From positions 672,001 through 736,000 of the forward strand of contig CAVUDW010000003.1 of NCBI GenBank assembly GCA_963740355.1: a stretch of DNA of 64,000 nucleotides, in the 5' to 3' direction. This DNA comes from an uncultured Gemmatimonadaceae bacterium. Lineage in GTDB: Bacteria > Gemmatimonadota > Gemmatimonadetes > Gemmatimonadales > Gemmatimonadaceae. The first letter of the stretch is position 1. Every line of letters begins with the position of its first letter. The notes below the pieces were generated by a model. The model ran no database searches. It was not told the DNA's origin and saw only the letters and a list, made by a program, of their open reading frames with translations. This document shows positions 42,377-52,754 of the stretch, one piece after another. Made by a program: the position numbers and the translations under genes.

Positions 42377-44056
42377 GTGCAAGAGCCGCAGTATGATGCG
42401 ATTGTCGTCGGGTCAGGTATCTCGGGCGGTTGGGCCGCCAAGGAACTGACGGAAAAGGGCCTCAAGGTCCTGATGCTCGAGCGCGGCAAGAACATCGAGC
42501 ACATCAAGGACTACACCAACACGCAGAAAGCACCGTGGGAGTATCCGCATCGAGGTGGCCGCACCAAGGCCATGGAAGCGGAATACCCAGTGCTGAAGCG
42601 CGACTATCCCCTCAACGAGAAGAATCTCGACTGGTGGGCTAGCGACAAGGATTCGCCGTACGTCGAAACCAAGCGCTTCGACTGGTACCGCGGTTATCAC
42701 GTTGGTGGTCGATCGCTGATGTGGGGCCGCCAGAGCTATCGTCACGGCGATCTGGACTTCGAGGCGAATGCGAAGGATGGCATCGCCGTCGATTGGCCGA
42801 TTCGCTACAAGGACATCGAGCCGTGGTACACGTATGCCGAAACGTTCGCTGGCATTTCCGGCACACGAAACGGCATCGAGTCGCTGCCTGACGGCAACTA
42901 CATGCCGCCGATCGCACTCAACTGCGCCGAGGAAATGCTCTCCGGCCAGCTGAAGAAGGCGTTCGGTGGCAAGCGTCACCTGATTCCGGGTCGCGCTGCA
43001 AACATCACGCAGCCGCATCACGGCCGCGGCGCCTGCCAGTCGCGCAACGCCTGCTCACTCGGCTGTATCTACGGCGCATACTTCTCGACGCAGTCGTCCA
43101 CGCTGCCGGCCGCCATGGCGACGGGCAACCTGACGCTGATGCCGTACCAGATCGTGTCGGAGATCATCTTCGACAAGGACAAGAAGCGCGCCTCGGGTGT
43201 TCGCGTGATGGACGCGATGACCATGAAGACCCGCGACTTCAACGCGAAGATCATCTTCGTCTGCGCCTCGACGCTGAACTCGACCTGGTTGCTGATGCGT
43301 TCGGCCACCGACATCTGGCCGGGTGGTCTTGGCAGCAGCTCGGGAGAGCTGGGCCACAACCTGATGGACCATCACTTCCGCCTCGGCGCCGCCGGCGACA
43401 TCGAAGGGATGGAAGACAAGTACTACTACGGCCGCAAGCCGAACGGCTTCTACATCCCGCGCTTCCAGAACATCGGCAACGACAAGCGTGGCTACCTGCG
43501 TGGCTTCGGCTACCAGGGTGGCGCGAGCCGCGGTGAGTGGGGCCGTGCAGTCGCCGAGCTGGGTATCGGTGGTGACTACAAGGACAATGCGGCGACCGTC
43601 GGTCCGTGGAGCGTTGGCAGCACCGCCTTCGGTGAGATGCTTCCGAACCACGACAACAAGATCTCGCTCGACCCCACGAAGAAGGACAAGTGGGGCATGC
43701 CGGTGCTCAACATCGACTGCGAGATCAAGGAAAACGAGACGATGATGCGCAAGGACATGATGGCCGACATGGCGGAAATGCTGACCGCCTGTGGCGTCAA
43801 GAATGTCCGCACGTACGACGGCGGCTACTCGCCTGGCATGGGCATCCACGAAATGGGCACGGCACGCATGGGCCGCGATCCGAAGACGTCGGTGCTGAAC
43901 GGCAACAACCAGGTGTGGGACGCCCCGAACGTGTTCGTCACCGATGGCTCGTGCATGACGTCGGCCGCCTGCGTCAATCCGTCGCTCACGTACATGGCGC
44001 TGACGGCCCGTGCTGCCGATTTCGCCGTCAACGAGTTGAAGAAGAACAACCTGTGA
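42377..44056 (+). CDS. GMC oxidoreductase (glycoside 3-dehydrogenase / gluconate 2-dehydrogenase flavoprotein type)
   Basis: VGSGISGGWAAKELTEKG, VGGRSLMWGR, LGHNLMDH, HEMGTARMG and NPSLTYMALT. RBS GGAGG precedes the GTG. Confidence 0.92.
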   Translation: MQEPQYDAIVVGSGISGGWAAKELTEKGLKVLMLERGKNIEHIKDYTNTQKAPWEYPHRGGRTKAMEAEYPVLKRDYPLNEKNLDWWASDKDSPYVETKRFDWYRGYHVGGRSLMWGRQSYRHGDLDFEANAKDGIAVDWPIRYKDIEPWYTYAETFAGISGTRNGIESLPDGNYMPPIALNCAEEMLSGQLKKAFGGKRHLIPGRAANITQPHHGRGACQSRNACSLGCIYGAYFSTQSSTLPAAMATGNLTLMPYQIVSEIIFDKDKKRASGVRVMDAMTMKTRDFNAKIIFVCASTLNSTWLLMRSATDIWPGGLGSSSGELGHNLMDHHFRLGAAGDIEGMEDKYYYGRKPNGFYIPRFQNIGNDKRGYLRGFGYQGGASRGEWGRAVAELGIGGDYKDNAATVGPWSVGSTAFGEMLPNHDNKISLDPTKKDKWGMPVLNIDCEIKENETMMRKDMMADMAEMLTACGVKNVRTYDGGYSPGMGIHEMGTARMGRDPKTSVLNGNNQVWDAPNVFVTDGSCMTSAACVNPSLTYMALTARAADFAVNELKKNNL

Positions 44057-44114
44057 TGCGGTCCCGTCCACTGATTTCGTCCCTGGTGTCACGGACACCG
44101 CTTCAACACGAGGA

Positions 44115-44753
44115 TTGAGCATGCCGTCGAACAAGGAAGAGCAGGAACAGTCAACGATGGATCGCCGCGAGGCGGTGAAGCGTGTCAGCTTCATGCTCGG
44201 CGGCCTGGCATTGGTTGGCAGCAGCACTGGGCTGATCGCCGCCTGCAGCAAGCAGGATCGCGCCGTTGCGGCCGAGAAGGGCGCGGGTGCATTCACGCCC
44301 GACGACATCGCAACGCTGGATGAAGTCGCCGACACGATCCTGCCGGATACGCAGAAGTCGAAGGGTGCCAAGGCGGCCAAGACGGGAGCCTTCATCGCCC
44401 TCATGGTCACCGACACCTACACGCCGGAAGACCAGAAGGTGTTCCGCGATGGGTTGGTGGCGCTGGACGAAGCGAGCAAGAAGGCGAATGGCGGCGCGAC
44501 GTTCGCGAAGGCGACGCCGGAGCAGCGCACTGCCCTGCTGAACGCGCTCGACAAGGAGCAGTTCGATTACCAGAAGGAGCGCAAGGACAAGCCGCAGCAC
44601 TACTTCCGCATGATGAAGGAGCTGTCGATGCTCGGCTACTTCACGTCGGAAATCGGCATGACGACTGCGCTGCGGTACAAGGAGTCGCCGGGCCCGTTCC
44701 AGCCCTGCGTGCCGTACACGAAGGGTGATCCGGCGTGGGCACAGCACGCCTGA
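44115..44753 (+). CDS. Gluconate 2-dehydrogenase subunit 3 family protein (Tat)
   Basis: MDRREAVK, ADTILP.T…GA and YF.MMKEL...GYFTSEIG. Confidence 0.88.
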   Translation: MSMPSNKEEQEQSTMDRREAVKRVSFMLGGLALVGSSTGLIAACSKQDRAVAAEKGAGAFTPDDIATLDEVADTILPDTQKSKGAKAAKTGAFIALMVTDTYTPEDQKVFRDGLVALDEASKKANGGATFAKATPEQRTALLNALDKEQFDYQKERKDKPQHYFRMMKELSMLGYFTSEIGMTTALRYKESPGPFQPCVPYTKGDPAWAQHA

Positions 44754-44773
44754 ACTGAACGCAGTCCTGCTCG

Positions 44774-44820
44774 AAAAAAGTCAGGGGCCTTCACGAACGT
44801 CGTGAGGGCCCCTGATTCTT
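44774..44820. terminator. Bidirectional rho-independent terminator
   Basis: AAAAAAG-TCAGGGGCCTTCACGA-ACG-TCGTGAGGGCCCCTGA-TTCTT between convergent genes. Confidence 0.8.
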
Positions 44821-44850
44821 GTGCGCGATCTCGAGCCGCATCACCACGCG

Positions 44851-45231
44851 TCACCCCATCGAGTGCAGCCCAACCCGGTTGCCTTCCGTGTCGCGAAACA
44901 TGCCGATGAATCCCATGCCGTCACCGATCGAGGTCTTGCCGGTCAGCACCTCGCCGCCAGCGCCAGCGACACGATCGAGCACGGTGGCGAGATTGCTGCC
45001 GCCCGAGAGGTAGACCAGTGTACCGGTCATGGATGGGACGCAGCCGTCGCTCCAGACGATGGCACCGCCGACACCTTTTTCCCGGTCGTGCAGTAGGATC
45101 CCCATCTTGCCTGGCCCCATCTGCATCTCCGGCATCTCGAAGTCGAAAATGGCGTTGTAGAAGATCCTGGCGCGATTGAAATCCGTGACCGGGATCTCGA
45201 ACCAGTTGAGCGCGTTGGTGGTCATTTCCAT
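44851..45231 (-). CDS. VOC family (glyoxalase-like) protein
   Basis: NWFEIPV.DF.RA..FY and F.DTEGNRVGLHS. Confidence 0.9.
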   Translation of the reverse strand: MEMTTNALNWFEIPVTDFNRARIFYNAIFDFEMPEMQMGPGKMGILLHDREKGVGGAIVWSDGCVPSMTGTLVYLSGGSNLATVLDRVAGAGGEVLTGKTSIGDGMGFIGMFRDTEGNRVGLHSMG

Positions 45232-45339
45232 GGCAGTGCCCGGCGAAGGACGAGATGGGATGCGGCGACGTGCGCCGATTGTAGTGCGCGGGATGAATTG
45301 AGACCAGAGCCTGGAGCAGGCCACACACAAGGAGGCGTC

Positions 45340-46677
45340 ATGCACACGCCGTTGAGGCTGGATCATTGGTGCCGCGGCCGACTCCTGACGGGATGGGCCA
45401 TCGCCGGTTGCATGGCAGGGGCGCCTCTCCGAGCGCAGACGCTCGGCAATGCGTCCGACTCTGCGTCTCGCGCGCGACAGTTGGCGCGCGAAGGCACCGC
45501 GGCGTTGCGGGCCGGCGACACCAGCACGGCCCACGCACGGCTGATTTCGGCCACCACCGTCTGGCCGACGCAGCCAGCCTATCTCTGGACGCGGGCCCAA
45601 CTGGCGGCGGCACGTCGCGATACCAATGACGTCGTAGCCGCGCTGACACAGTTTGCCGCGCTGGGCATGACACGGCTGCTGGAGCACGATCGATTTCTTG
45701 CATCCTGGGCGAGCACTCCACGCATCGCGACCGTGGCTGCGGCACTGGTGGCCAACGCTTCGCCGATCGACAACAGCACGGTCCGTCGCACGCTGCGCGA
45801 TTCGACGACCTGGCCGGAAGGTGTAGCGTACAACGCGCGGACCGATCGCTTCTTCGTCGGCAGTGTGCGAAATCGGAATGTGTACGTCAGCGACGAACGC
45901 GGGTCACATCCGCTCTGGACGACGGCGCAACCGAATGTCGGCGCAGTCCTCGCGGTGGCCGTCGATCCGGATCAGGTACATCTCTGGGCGACCACGGCCG
46001 GCATTCCGCAGATGTCGGGATACACACCGGCTGATTCGGCGATTGCGGCGCTGCTGAAGATCCGCATCGGTGACGGTGCAATCGTGGCACGCTGGGATCT
46101 CCCGCCCAGCGCCGCCGGGCACACGCTGGGCGATGTTGTGGTAAGTGCAGCGGGCGACGCCTTCACCAGCGACTCACGCGAGCCAGTGCTCTACCGCCTG
46201 CGAAAGGGCAAGCAGGTGCTGGAAGCCTTTCGTGATCCGCTGTTTCGATCACTGCAAGGTGTTACGCCAGATCCTGATGGGCGACACGTGTATGTCGCCG
46301 ACTATTCCCACGGCTTGTTGCGGCTCGACGTGACGACAGGTGCAGTCACCCGGCTGGCCGACGCGCCGTCCTCGACATCGCTCGGCGTCGATGGCCTGGT
46401 CTGGTTCGAGGGATCGCTGATCGGGATACAGAATGGTGTGTCGCCGGCGCGTGTGGTGCGGTTTCGGCTGGATGCAAGCCACACGCGCGTCGTGCGACAG
46501 GAGGTCATCGACCGGAATTTTCTGGTCGCGGACGAGCCGACGATCGGTGTCATCGTCGGACGGAGCTATGTCTACGTGGCGAACAGCCAGTGGGAGAAGT
46601 TTGATGATCGCGGCGTGCGGGTCGCAGGGACAGTGCTGACGGCACCGGTGCTGCTATCGATTCCGCTGACACCGTGA
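45340..46677 (+). CDS. Secreted protein with a TPR-like N-terminus and an SMP-30/gluconolactonase-like beta-propeller
   Basis: RBS AAGGAGG, signal peptide, WPEGVAY, GDV…G..F.SDS, SLQG and GVDGL. Confidence 0.7.
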   Translation: MHTPLRLDHWCRGRLLTGWAIAGCMAGAPLRAQTLGNASDSASRARQLAREGTAALRAGDTSTAHARLISATTVWPTQPAYLWTRAQLAAARRDTNDVVAALTQFAALGMTRLLEHDRFLASWASTPRIATVAAALVANASPIDNSTVRRTLRDSTTWPEGVAYNARTDRFFVGSVRNRNVYVSDERGSHPLWTTAQPNVGAVLAVAVDPDQVHLWATTAGIPQMSGYTPADSAIAALLKIRIGDGAIVARWDLPPSAAGHTLGDVVVSAAGDAFTSDSREPVLYRLRKGKQVLEAFRDPLFRSLQGVTPDPDGRHVYVADYSHGLLRLDVTTGAVTRLADAPSSTSLGVDGLVWFEGSLIGIQNGVSPARVVRFRLDASHTRVVRQEVIDRNFLVADEPTIGVIVGRSYVYVANSQWEKFDDRGVRVAGTVLTAPVLLSIPLTP

Positions 46678-46684
46678 TTACCGC

Positions 46685-49387
46685 TCAGGGTACCGCGCGC
46701 GGATAGCTCAGCATGTTCACCAGCAACTTCGCCGCACCGGCCTGCGCGCCTTCCAGTTGCTGCGCGAGGCAGAGCGAGGTCACCATGATCGTGCCCTTCC
46801 CGACCGGTGCGATCAGCACCGAGGGCTGGACACTCCGACGCGAGTCGTCAGCTGCGACGAGCGGGATCTTCCAACCCTGGTAGATCATGCTCGACAGGCT
46901 GCAGTTTCGATCGCCACCCCACGACTCGAGATCGGTGGCGGTGACGATATTGGGACGTGTGAACAGTGGTGAGCCGGGATCGGCCAACTGGAACTCGGCA
47001 CCACGAGCTTCCTCTCCGCCAGCTGCCTCGCGCATCGCGACTCCGAACGGGAACAACGGGATTCGCGAAAGCTCCGCGCCGCCTGGCAACACGACCACCA
47101 CACCGCCGCGCTGCATGAACGCCCGCAGTGCGGGCACTGCCAGCAGCGACGACTCGCTGCGCAGGGCGCCGGCGCCGATCAGGACCGCCGTGACATTCGT
47201 GAGATCCGCCACTGGCACCAGGGCAAGGTCCAACGACTGCACGCTAAGGCGAAGCTGTTGAAATGCCGGTCGCAGGTCTTCCGTGCCGCGGATGTACGCC
47301 ACGCGAAAACGCGCCGGGAACCGCAGGTTCACACTCTCGACGCGGTCGCGCGCGAACCGCACGAAGTGTTGCGACGGGATGTGTGGGTACTCGTTCACCA
47401 CGGCGCCGAGCGTGAATTCCCGTTGCGCTGCCGCCAGTGCGCCAGCCGGCAGCACTGGAAGTGCGGCCACACTCCTCGCGCTGGCGGCAATGGCATGGGT
47501 GCCCATCGGCACAGCGCCACGCAGGCGAAAGAAGACGTTGCGCGCGCTGAACGGCGGCAGCGGGACTGTCTTCGACACCGAATCTGCGACAAGGCCGACA
47601 GGTAGTTGCAGCGAGACCGCGACGGTGTCGGCCGTCGATCGCGCATTCGAGACGTAGACGCGGAAGAGTCGGTCCACGGTCATCCCTGCTCGCTCGTACT
47701 CAGCACCGCGCTCGAAGAGCAACGATGTCTCGGGCACGCCGAATACGGGACGCCTCGCATCACCACGCAGCATTGTCGCAGTTCGCGTGACGATCGGCTG
47801 CACGATGACGGGTACTTCCACCCCTGCGAGCGACATGGTCGCCTCGAGACGACTGGCCGCGATGCGGTCTTCCCCCATCACCAGCTGACTCGCGACCGAA
47901 TTGCCGCGCGTGATCGGGTGCTTCTGCAGCAGCGTGCCTTCCACCAGTCCGTTGATCTGCCACCAGTGATACGATGGCGAAAGAAACCGCAGCTGCGTCG
48001 TGAAGCGAGTCGTGCTGCCTGGCTGCAGCATCACCATGCTGTCGGCGAACACGATTGACAGCCGACCCTGTACCGACGAGGCCAGCCGGCGCAGCCCAAT
48101 CGGAAGGCCACCGCCGTTGAACACCGTCAGCGCGACACTGACGGAATCACCGGCGGCCACCATCTCTCGTTCGGCATTGGCATCGATCACGATACCTGCG
48201 GCGTCCATCATCAGCGCCGTGGCGCGTTCGCGCAGTGTGTTCAAGGCCACCGCGAGGTCGCCCGCACCACCATCACAACTCGGCACCCCGGACAGGTCGG
48301 GACAGTCGAGCTCCAGTCGATTGGCGATGCTGAGGCGCGCGACCGCGGCCAACCGTGCGGCAAGCGTGTCGGCAGGCAGTCTCGCAGATTCTTTGGTGAG
48401 TCCGGCAATGGCTGCACGCAACGAATCGAACCCCGCAAGGAACTCCGGCTTCACGATCGCGCGGTGTCGGGCGAAGGTGGTGTCGAGCGTGCCGAGCAGT
48501 GATCCATCGCCACCGACCCGCGCGCTATCGAGTCGCAGCACGCGCTGCATTTCGCCGAGCGCCGGGACTGGGCCCACGCCCTGTGTGCGCTGGAGACGTC
48601 GGAGCTCTGCGCCCAGTTCAGCGTATGTCTGCTTCGCGCTGCGATCGTACTCGCCGATGTTGATTCGCACCAGGCGCGCTCGTGAGCCATTCGCCGTGTC
48701 ACCGGCGCTGGTGACGAGTGTGAACAGGCGCGACACTGGCCACGCTGGCAGTCGGCCCGTCGTGCGCGGCTGCAGGATACTGGTATCTGCAGCGACCTTG
48801 TACGCGATTGCCAGGAGCCGCGCGGTGTAGCGACGCGCCGCGTCCGTCTCACTGTCGGCCGACACCAACGCGATCACCACCTGTGGCCGGAATGCGCGGA
48901 TGATCGAGACCATGTCGATCAGCAGCGAGTCGCGCGGCCACGCGCGCGCAGCCAACGAATCGCTGTTGCTGTTGCCGAGGTCGAATGCACGCGTGAAGAA
49001 CTGATGCGCGCCGTCGCGCTGGCGTTCTGCCAGGAGTTCTGCCGTACGCACCACGGCCAGGGGCGCGTTGCGTTCAGCGCCGGCGACATTTCGGCCAGCC
49101 TCACCGCGAGTGAGCGAAAGAAAGGCGGTCTCGACATGGCGTCCGCCCCTGAGCCACGCGATCAGCGCATTGTCTTCATCCTCCGGGCGTGTCCCGACCA
49201 GCAGCACACGCGTCGTCGTGCCGAGGTGGGCGGCATCGTCGCGCCACTGCTGCGCTTGCAGGCATGACGGCGCACCGATGGGCACCAGACCAACCAGCAC
49301 CGTGATCGCAGCCACGACAAGGCGACGCAGCGAGCGTGACGCGACTCGTTCCAAGCGGCAGAACGGCATCAGTGTCGCGCCAACCAC
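46685..49387 (-). CDS. PIG-L/LmbE family deacetylase-like multidomain secreted protein with a degenerate active site
   Basis: RPEDED in place of HPDDE, LTRGEAG.N, VRTAELLA.R..DGA.QFFTRA.D.G and IRAFRPQV, followed by beta-sandwich domains and a GATase-like tail. Confidence 0.75.
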   Translation of the reverse strand: MVGATLMPFCRLERVASRSLRRLVVAAITVLVGLVPIGAPSCLQAQQWRDDAAHLGTTTRVLLVGTRPEDEDNALIAWLRGGRHVETAFLSLTRGEAGRNVAGAERNAPLAVVRTAELLAERQRDGAHQFFTRAFDLGNSNSDSLAARAWPRDSLLIDMVSIIRAFRPQVVIALVSADSETDAARRYTARLLAIAYKVAADTSILQPRTTGRLPAWPVSRLFTLVTSAGDTANGSRARLVRINIGEYDRSAKQTYAELGAELRRLQRTQGVGPVPALGEMQRVLRLDSARVGGDGSLLGTLDTTFARHRAIVKPEFLAGFDSLRAAIAGLTKESARLPADTLAARLAAVARLSIANRLELDCPDLSGVPSCDGGAGDLAVALNTLRERATALMMDAAGIVIDANAEREMVAAGDSVSVALTVFNGGGLPIGLRRLASSVQGRLSIVFADSMVMLQPGSTTRFTTQLRFLSPSYHWWQINGLVEGTLLQKHPITRGNSVASQLVMGEDRIAASRLEATMSLAGVEVPVIVQPIVTRTATMLRGDARRPVFGVPETSLLFERGAEYERAGMTVDRLFRVYVSNARSTADTVAVSLQLPVGLVADSVSKTVPLPPFSARNVFFRLRGAVPMGTHAIAASARSVAALPVLPAGALAAAQREFTLGAVVNEYPHIPSQHFVRFARDRVESVNLRFPARFRVAYIRGTEDLRPAFQQLRLSVQSLDLALVPVADLTNVTAVLIGAGALRSESSLLAVPALRAFMQRGGVVVVLPGGAELSRIPLFPFGVAMREAAGGEEARGAEFQLADPGSPLFTRPNIVTATDLESWGGDRNCSLSSMIYQGWKIPLVAADDSRRSVQPSVLIAPVGKGTIMVTSLCLAQQLEGAQAGAAKLLVNMLSYPRAVP

Positions 49388-49959
49388 TCCGCGAGATCGA
49401 CATGCCCCCGCTCGCGGGCGATGTCGGCAGGTGTCTTCCCGTCCGGTGTGCGTACATCCGTCCTCGCGCCGCAGGCCAACAACAACTCCGACGCGGCCTG
49501 GTCACCGCGCGATGCCGAGAGGTGCATCGGCGTGTAGCCTTGCGCATCGGCCGACGACGGATCGCTCCCTGCCGCCAGCAGCGCGGTGATCACGGACATT
49601 TCGCCGCGACCGGCCAGTGAGGCATGGAGCGGAGTGTTGCCTTGCGCGTTGTGTGATCGCGCGGAGTGGCTGGCTCCGGAGCGCAGCAGTCGCACGACGA
49701 CACTAGCGTATCCGAAGTAGCCCGCCAGATGCAATGCCGTCCAGCCATCGGGGCTGTAGACCTGTATGTCTTCTGATTGGCGCGACAGGCGCTCGGTGAT
49801 GTGCCCGAGGTCCCCGAACGCCGCCAGCTCTGGCAGTGTGAGCGGTGCGCCGGCGGCGAGTGATTTGGCCTTGTCGCGGTCACCCATGTACAGCGCCATC
49901 AGGATGTCGGATGGCGCACCGGGAGTGAGCGCGGCGGACTCCGTTGACTCAGCCATCAT
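49369..49959 (-). CDS. Ankyrin repeat protein
   Basis: DGWTALHLA, GNTPLHA, GYTPMHLSA and DGKTPADIA. Confidence 0.9.
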   Translation of the reverse strand: MMAESTESAALTPGAPSDILMALYMGDRDKAKSLAAGAPLTLPELAAFGDLGHITERLSRQSEDIQVYSPDGWTALHLAGYFGYASVVVRLLRSGASHSARSHNAQGNTPLHASLAGRGEMSVITALLAAGSDPSSADAQGYTPMHLSASRGDQAASELLLACGARTDVRTPDGKTPADIARERGHVDLAEWLARH

Positions 49960-50012
49960 TCCCCCGAGCGGAAGTCGTGGCTGCCGCGCGGGAGTCGGTC
50001 AGTCGTGGTGTG

Positions 50013-51137
50013 TCAGTCGACTGGCCAGCTCACCGCCGAGTCGTCGTCCGACGTCTCCGGCACAGCATCATTCTTGCCCGCGGACTTTTCCTCGGCAACC
50101 ACTTCGCGCCACCATGGCGTGAGATAATCAACACGTAATGGTTCGACCGGCTGGCCGAGTTTTGGCGTCAGCAACTGGATCCCTTTCGTGGGAGCGAGCT
50201 GCGCCAACGTCTCGATCGGTTGGTCCCACGCGTGCATGGCGAGGTTGAACGTGCCCCAGTGAATCGGATGCAGGATGCCGCTGCCGAGCATGGTGCGGGC
50301 TTCGAGGGCGTGTTCCGGTCCGAGGTGAATGTCGCCCCAGGCAGGGTGATAGGCACCGATCTCCAGCAGCACGAGGTCGAACTTCGGGAAGCGTTTCGCG
50401 ATCTCGAGGTATTCCGGCGTGAGTCCCGTGTCGGCGCCGTGGAAGACCGAGTGACGCGAGCCTTGCAGGTGGAATGAGGACCACGCGGTCGCATTGCGAT
50501 CGAGCAGGGTGCGTCCCGAGAAGTGTTGCGAGGGTGTTGCCGTGATCACGACACCGCTCGGCTCGAGCCACACCGTTTCCCACCAATCCAGCTCCGTGAT
50601 GCTATCCGCCGGCACGCCCCAGGCTTCGAGGTGTGTGCCGACGCCGAGCGAGGTGATGAAGCGCACGCCGCGCTTGTTGAGCGTGCGGATGGCCGCGCGA
50701 TCGAGGTGATCGTAGTGGTCGTGCGAGATCAGGACCGCGTCGATGTCAGGGAGTGCAGAGAGCGGGACTGGTGGCGCGTGGAAGCGCTTCGGTCCGGCGA
50801 ACGGCACTGGTGATGCGCGGTTGGTCCAGACCGGATCGGTGAGGATGCGCGCGCCGTCGATCTCGAACAGCATCGTCGAGTGTCCCAGCCAGGTCGTGCG
50901 CAGGCCCGTCTCTGGCGCCGTGCGCCAGGTCGCGCGCGGGTCCTCGAGCGGGATGGGAGCACCGGGCACGCGGCGTTCGCCGCCGCAGATGTACTCCTTC
51001 ATCGTCGGCAGTGCGGTGCCAGGCTTGAGGCCTGCGGAGGCGTTGTTCGTGTTGCGGAAGACGCGTCCATCGAAGCGCGGTGATGCGATCATCCGTTCGC
51101 GTCGGGCGATCTGGCTGGCGGTAGCGGCGTGCGGCAT
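50013..51137 (-). CDS. MBL-fold metallo-hydrolase (RomA/NAPE-PLD-like)
   Basis: WLGHST, TDPVW, ISHDHYDHLD, QHFSGR, ADTG and PIHWGTF. Confidence 0.92.
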   Translation of the reverse strand: MPHAATASQIARRERMIASPRFDGRVFRNTNNASAGLKPGTALPTMKEYICGGERRVPGAPIPLEDPRATWRTAPETGLRTTWLGHSTMLFEIDGARILTDPVWTNRASPVPFAGPKRFHAPPVPLSALPDIDAVLISHDHYDHLDRAAIRTLNKRGVRFITSLGVGTHLEAWGVPADSITELDWWETVWLEPSGVVITATPSQHFSGRTLLDRNATAWSSFHLQGSRHSVFHGADTGLTPEYLEIAKRFPKFDLVLLEIGAYHPAWGDIHLGPEHALEARTMLGSGILHPIHWGTFNLAMHAWDQPIETLAQLAPTKGIQLLTPKLGQPVEPLRVDYLTPWWREVVAEEKSAGKNDAVPETSDDDSAVSWPVD

Positions 51138-51510
51138 CGTCGGCGGTGTGGCGAAGGAAGCGGGGGCGGCAAGCGTAGGGGTTAAACTCGCCGCTCTGGT
51201 GCCGTGGGTCCAACCGGCCGATTGACCGGTGCGCCTTGGTCGCGAGGTTGGCGCATACGACGAACGGCCCGGAGAATGGGGGCTCCGGACCGTTCAGGTA
51301 CCGCGCGCACCTCAGAGTGACGCGTGGTATTTCAGACTCATCGTCGAGCCTGTCGTATGTGCGTGGAGCCGTGACCGCCGACCGCGGCGCCTTTGGTCTC
51401 GACTCCGATGGATAGACGACAGGGAGGCGCTGCTTTTCTCAAACCTCTATCTCAAACCTCTACGTCGACACGCGCCATCTGGATTCGGCGTGGTGCCGAA
51501 AGGCCCAGCC

Positions 51511-51981
51511 TCACGGTGCTGGGAGCGTGGCGGCGAGTGTGAAGGTCTTGGTGCCGACGTAGCGGTTGCTGGTATTGGTGAACCCGTCACCGGTGCCACG
51601 TGGATCGGCGCGGGTGATCTCGACCGTGTAGGGCTGGCCAGGCGTGAGCGGCTTGGCTGCCACGTCGGTGACGCCGCCGACGGGAATGGTGGTGCCGTAT
51701 TCGACGCCTGACTGGAGGCTGTTCTTGCCACTGGCGGCAATCGACCAGACGAGCGCGTCGCCGTAGCCCGATCCCGCCTGGGTCCCCTTGTAGACGCGCA
51801 CCAGCGCCGCGCCCTCGGGCGTCCACGCGATGCGCACCAGCGGCAGTGCGATCACGGGGGTGACGGTGATCGAGGGGACCTGCGACTTGTCGAACGAGTT
51901 ACCGCAGGCGGCAACGAGCGCGAGGCTGGCCGTCAGGAGAATGGTGCGGTTGCGGAGAACTCTGCCGAGTGGTGGGGGCAT
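51511..51981 (-). CDS. Hypothetical lipoprotein
   Basis: Lipobox VAAC, beta-rich mature part and host-like codon usage. Confidence 0.65.
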   Translation of the reverse strand: MPPPLGRVLRNRTILLTASLALVAACGNSFDKSQVPSITVTPVIALPLVRIAWTPEGAALVRVYKGTQAGSGYGDALVWSIAASGKNSLQSGVEYGTTIPVGGVTDVAAKPLTPGQPYTVEITRADPRGTGDGFTNTSNRYVGTKTFTLAATLPAP

Positions 51982-52007
51982 GGGTGGAAGGTACGACGGG
52001 GGGCGCG

Positions 52008-52308
52008 TCGGTGGGACTCTGCACGGGTACGGGCTGGCGCGGATCCGTGCGCGCGCGCAGGGGCGACCAAGCCTGCTGGGAATGCTCGGCCGGAAATTGG
52101 CGTTATGCAGCATTCTCGGACGGCCTGGTGCGGCCAGGCAATCCGACGCGAAATCGCAAGTTGTTGGTTTGTCTGGAGATACGCCGGCGTTTCGCCCGGG
52201 GAGAGTTTGATACGCCCGGATTTCGGTGACGTATAACGCTGGCGGCGCAGTGATACGAAGCTGTAGAATCAGGCAATAGGTTCTATTCTGTGCAATTAAG
52301 GGCTAGAC
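52008..52308 (+). repeat. ~300-bp integron Pc/attI-like platform, copy 1
   Basis: Diverged direct repeat of 59131-59428. Contains TAGAAT at 52264 and ends GTGCAAT-N5-GCTAGAC just before the first cassette-like ORF. Confidence 0.6.
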
Positions 52309-52323
52309 GCCCCGGAGGCATAG

Positions 52324-52653
52324 GTGCGAAAGTTGGCGCTGTACCTGGTGGGCTTTGCGATCGCGCATGTGCTGATCAACGTCGGCTTGACGATCGTGAC
52401 CTTCGGTGCAGTGATGCAGGGATTCGATGGCGGGCCAGTCGCGCCGCCACGACTGGTGTCATTCCTCATGACCGCCGTGGACGTCTTGAACTGGCCCTTG
52501 CGGTACCTGGCCCGTCCGACGATGTCAGGTCCGATGCAGTATGCGGTGCTGTTTGCCAACGGTCTGCTTTGGGCCATTGCGACCGTGTGCGTGTATGGCG
52601 CGATTCGCCACGGCCTGTCGCGCGACTTGCCTCCCGCAACTACCGCGGCGTAG
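52324..52653 (+). CDS. Hypothetical small membrane protein (cassette-like)
   Basis: RBS GGAGG plus GTG, and 2-3 hydrophobic segments. Confidence 0.6.
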   Translation: MRKLALYLVGFAIAHVLINVGLTIVTFGAVMQGFDGGPVAPPRLVSFLMTAVDVLNWPLRYLARPTMSGPMQYAVLFANGLLWAIATVCVYGAIRHGLSRDLPPATTAA

Positions 52654-52754
52654 CTGGATGGCAAACGTGGTGTTCACTCTGGCACGGTCAACTGGCGATG
52701 CACCATCGCAAGGCACGCTGACGGTGGCCCTGCCCCCAGACGTGGGCAGTCCGC

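Noticed and set aside
26669..43055. Long antisense ORFs (for example 26669-27973, 30185-31897, 35497-36846, 39346-40956)
   Set aside because: These are shadow ORFs typical of high-GC coding DNA opposite well-supported genes.
51229..51711. 160-aa plus-strand ORF
   Set aside because: It has no recognisable motif and overlaps the better-supported minus-strand lipoprotein.
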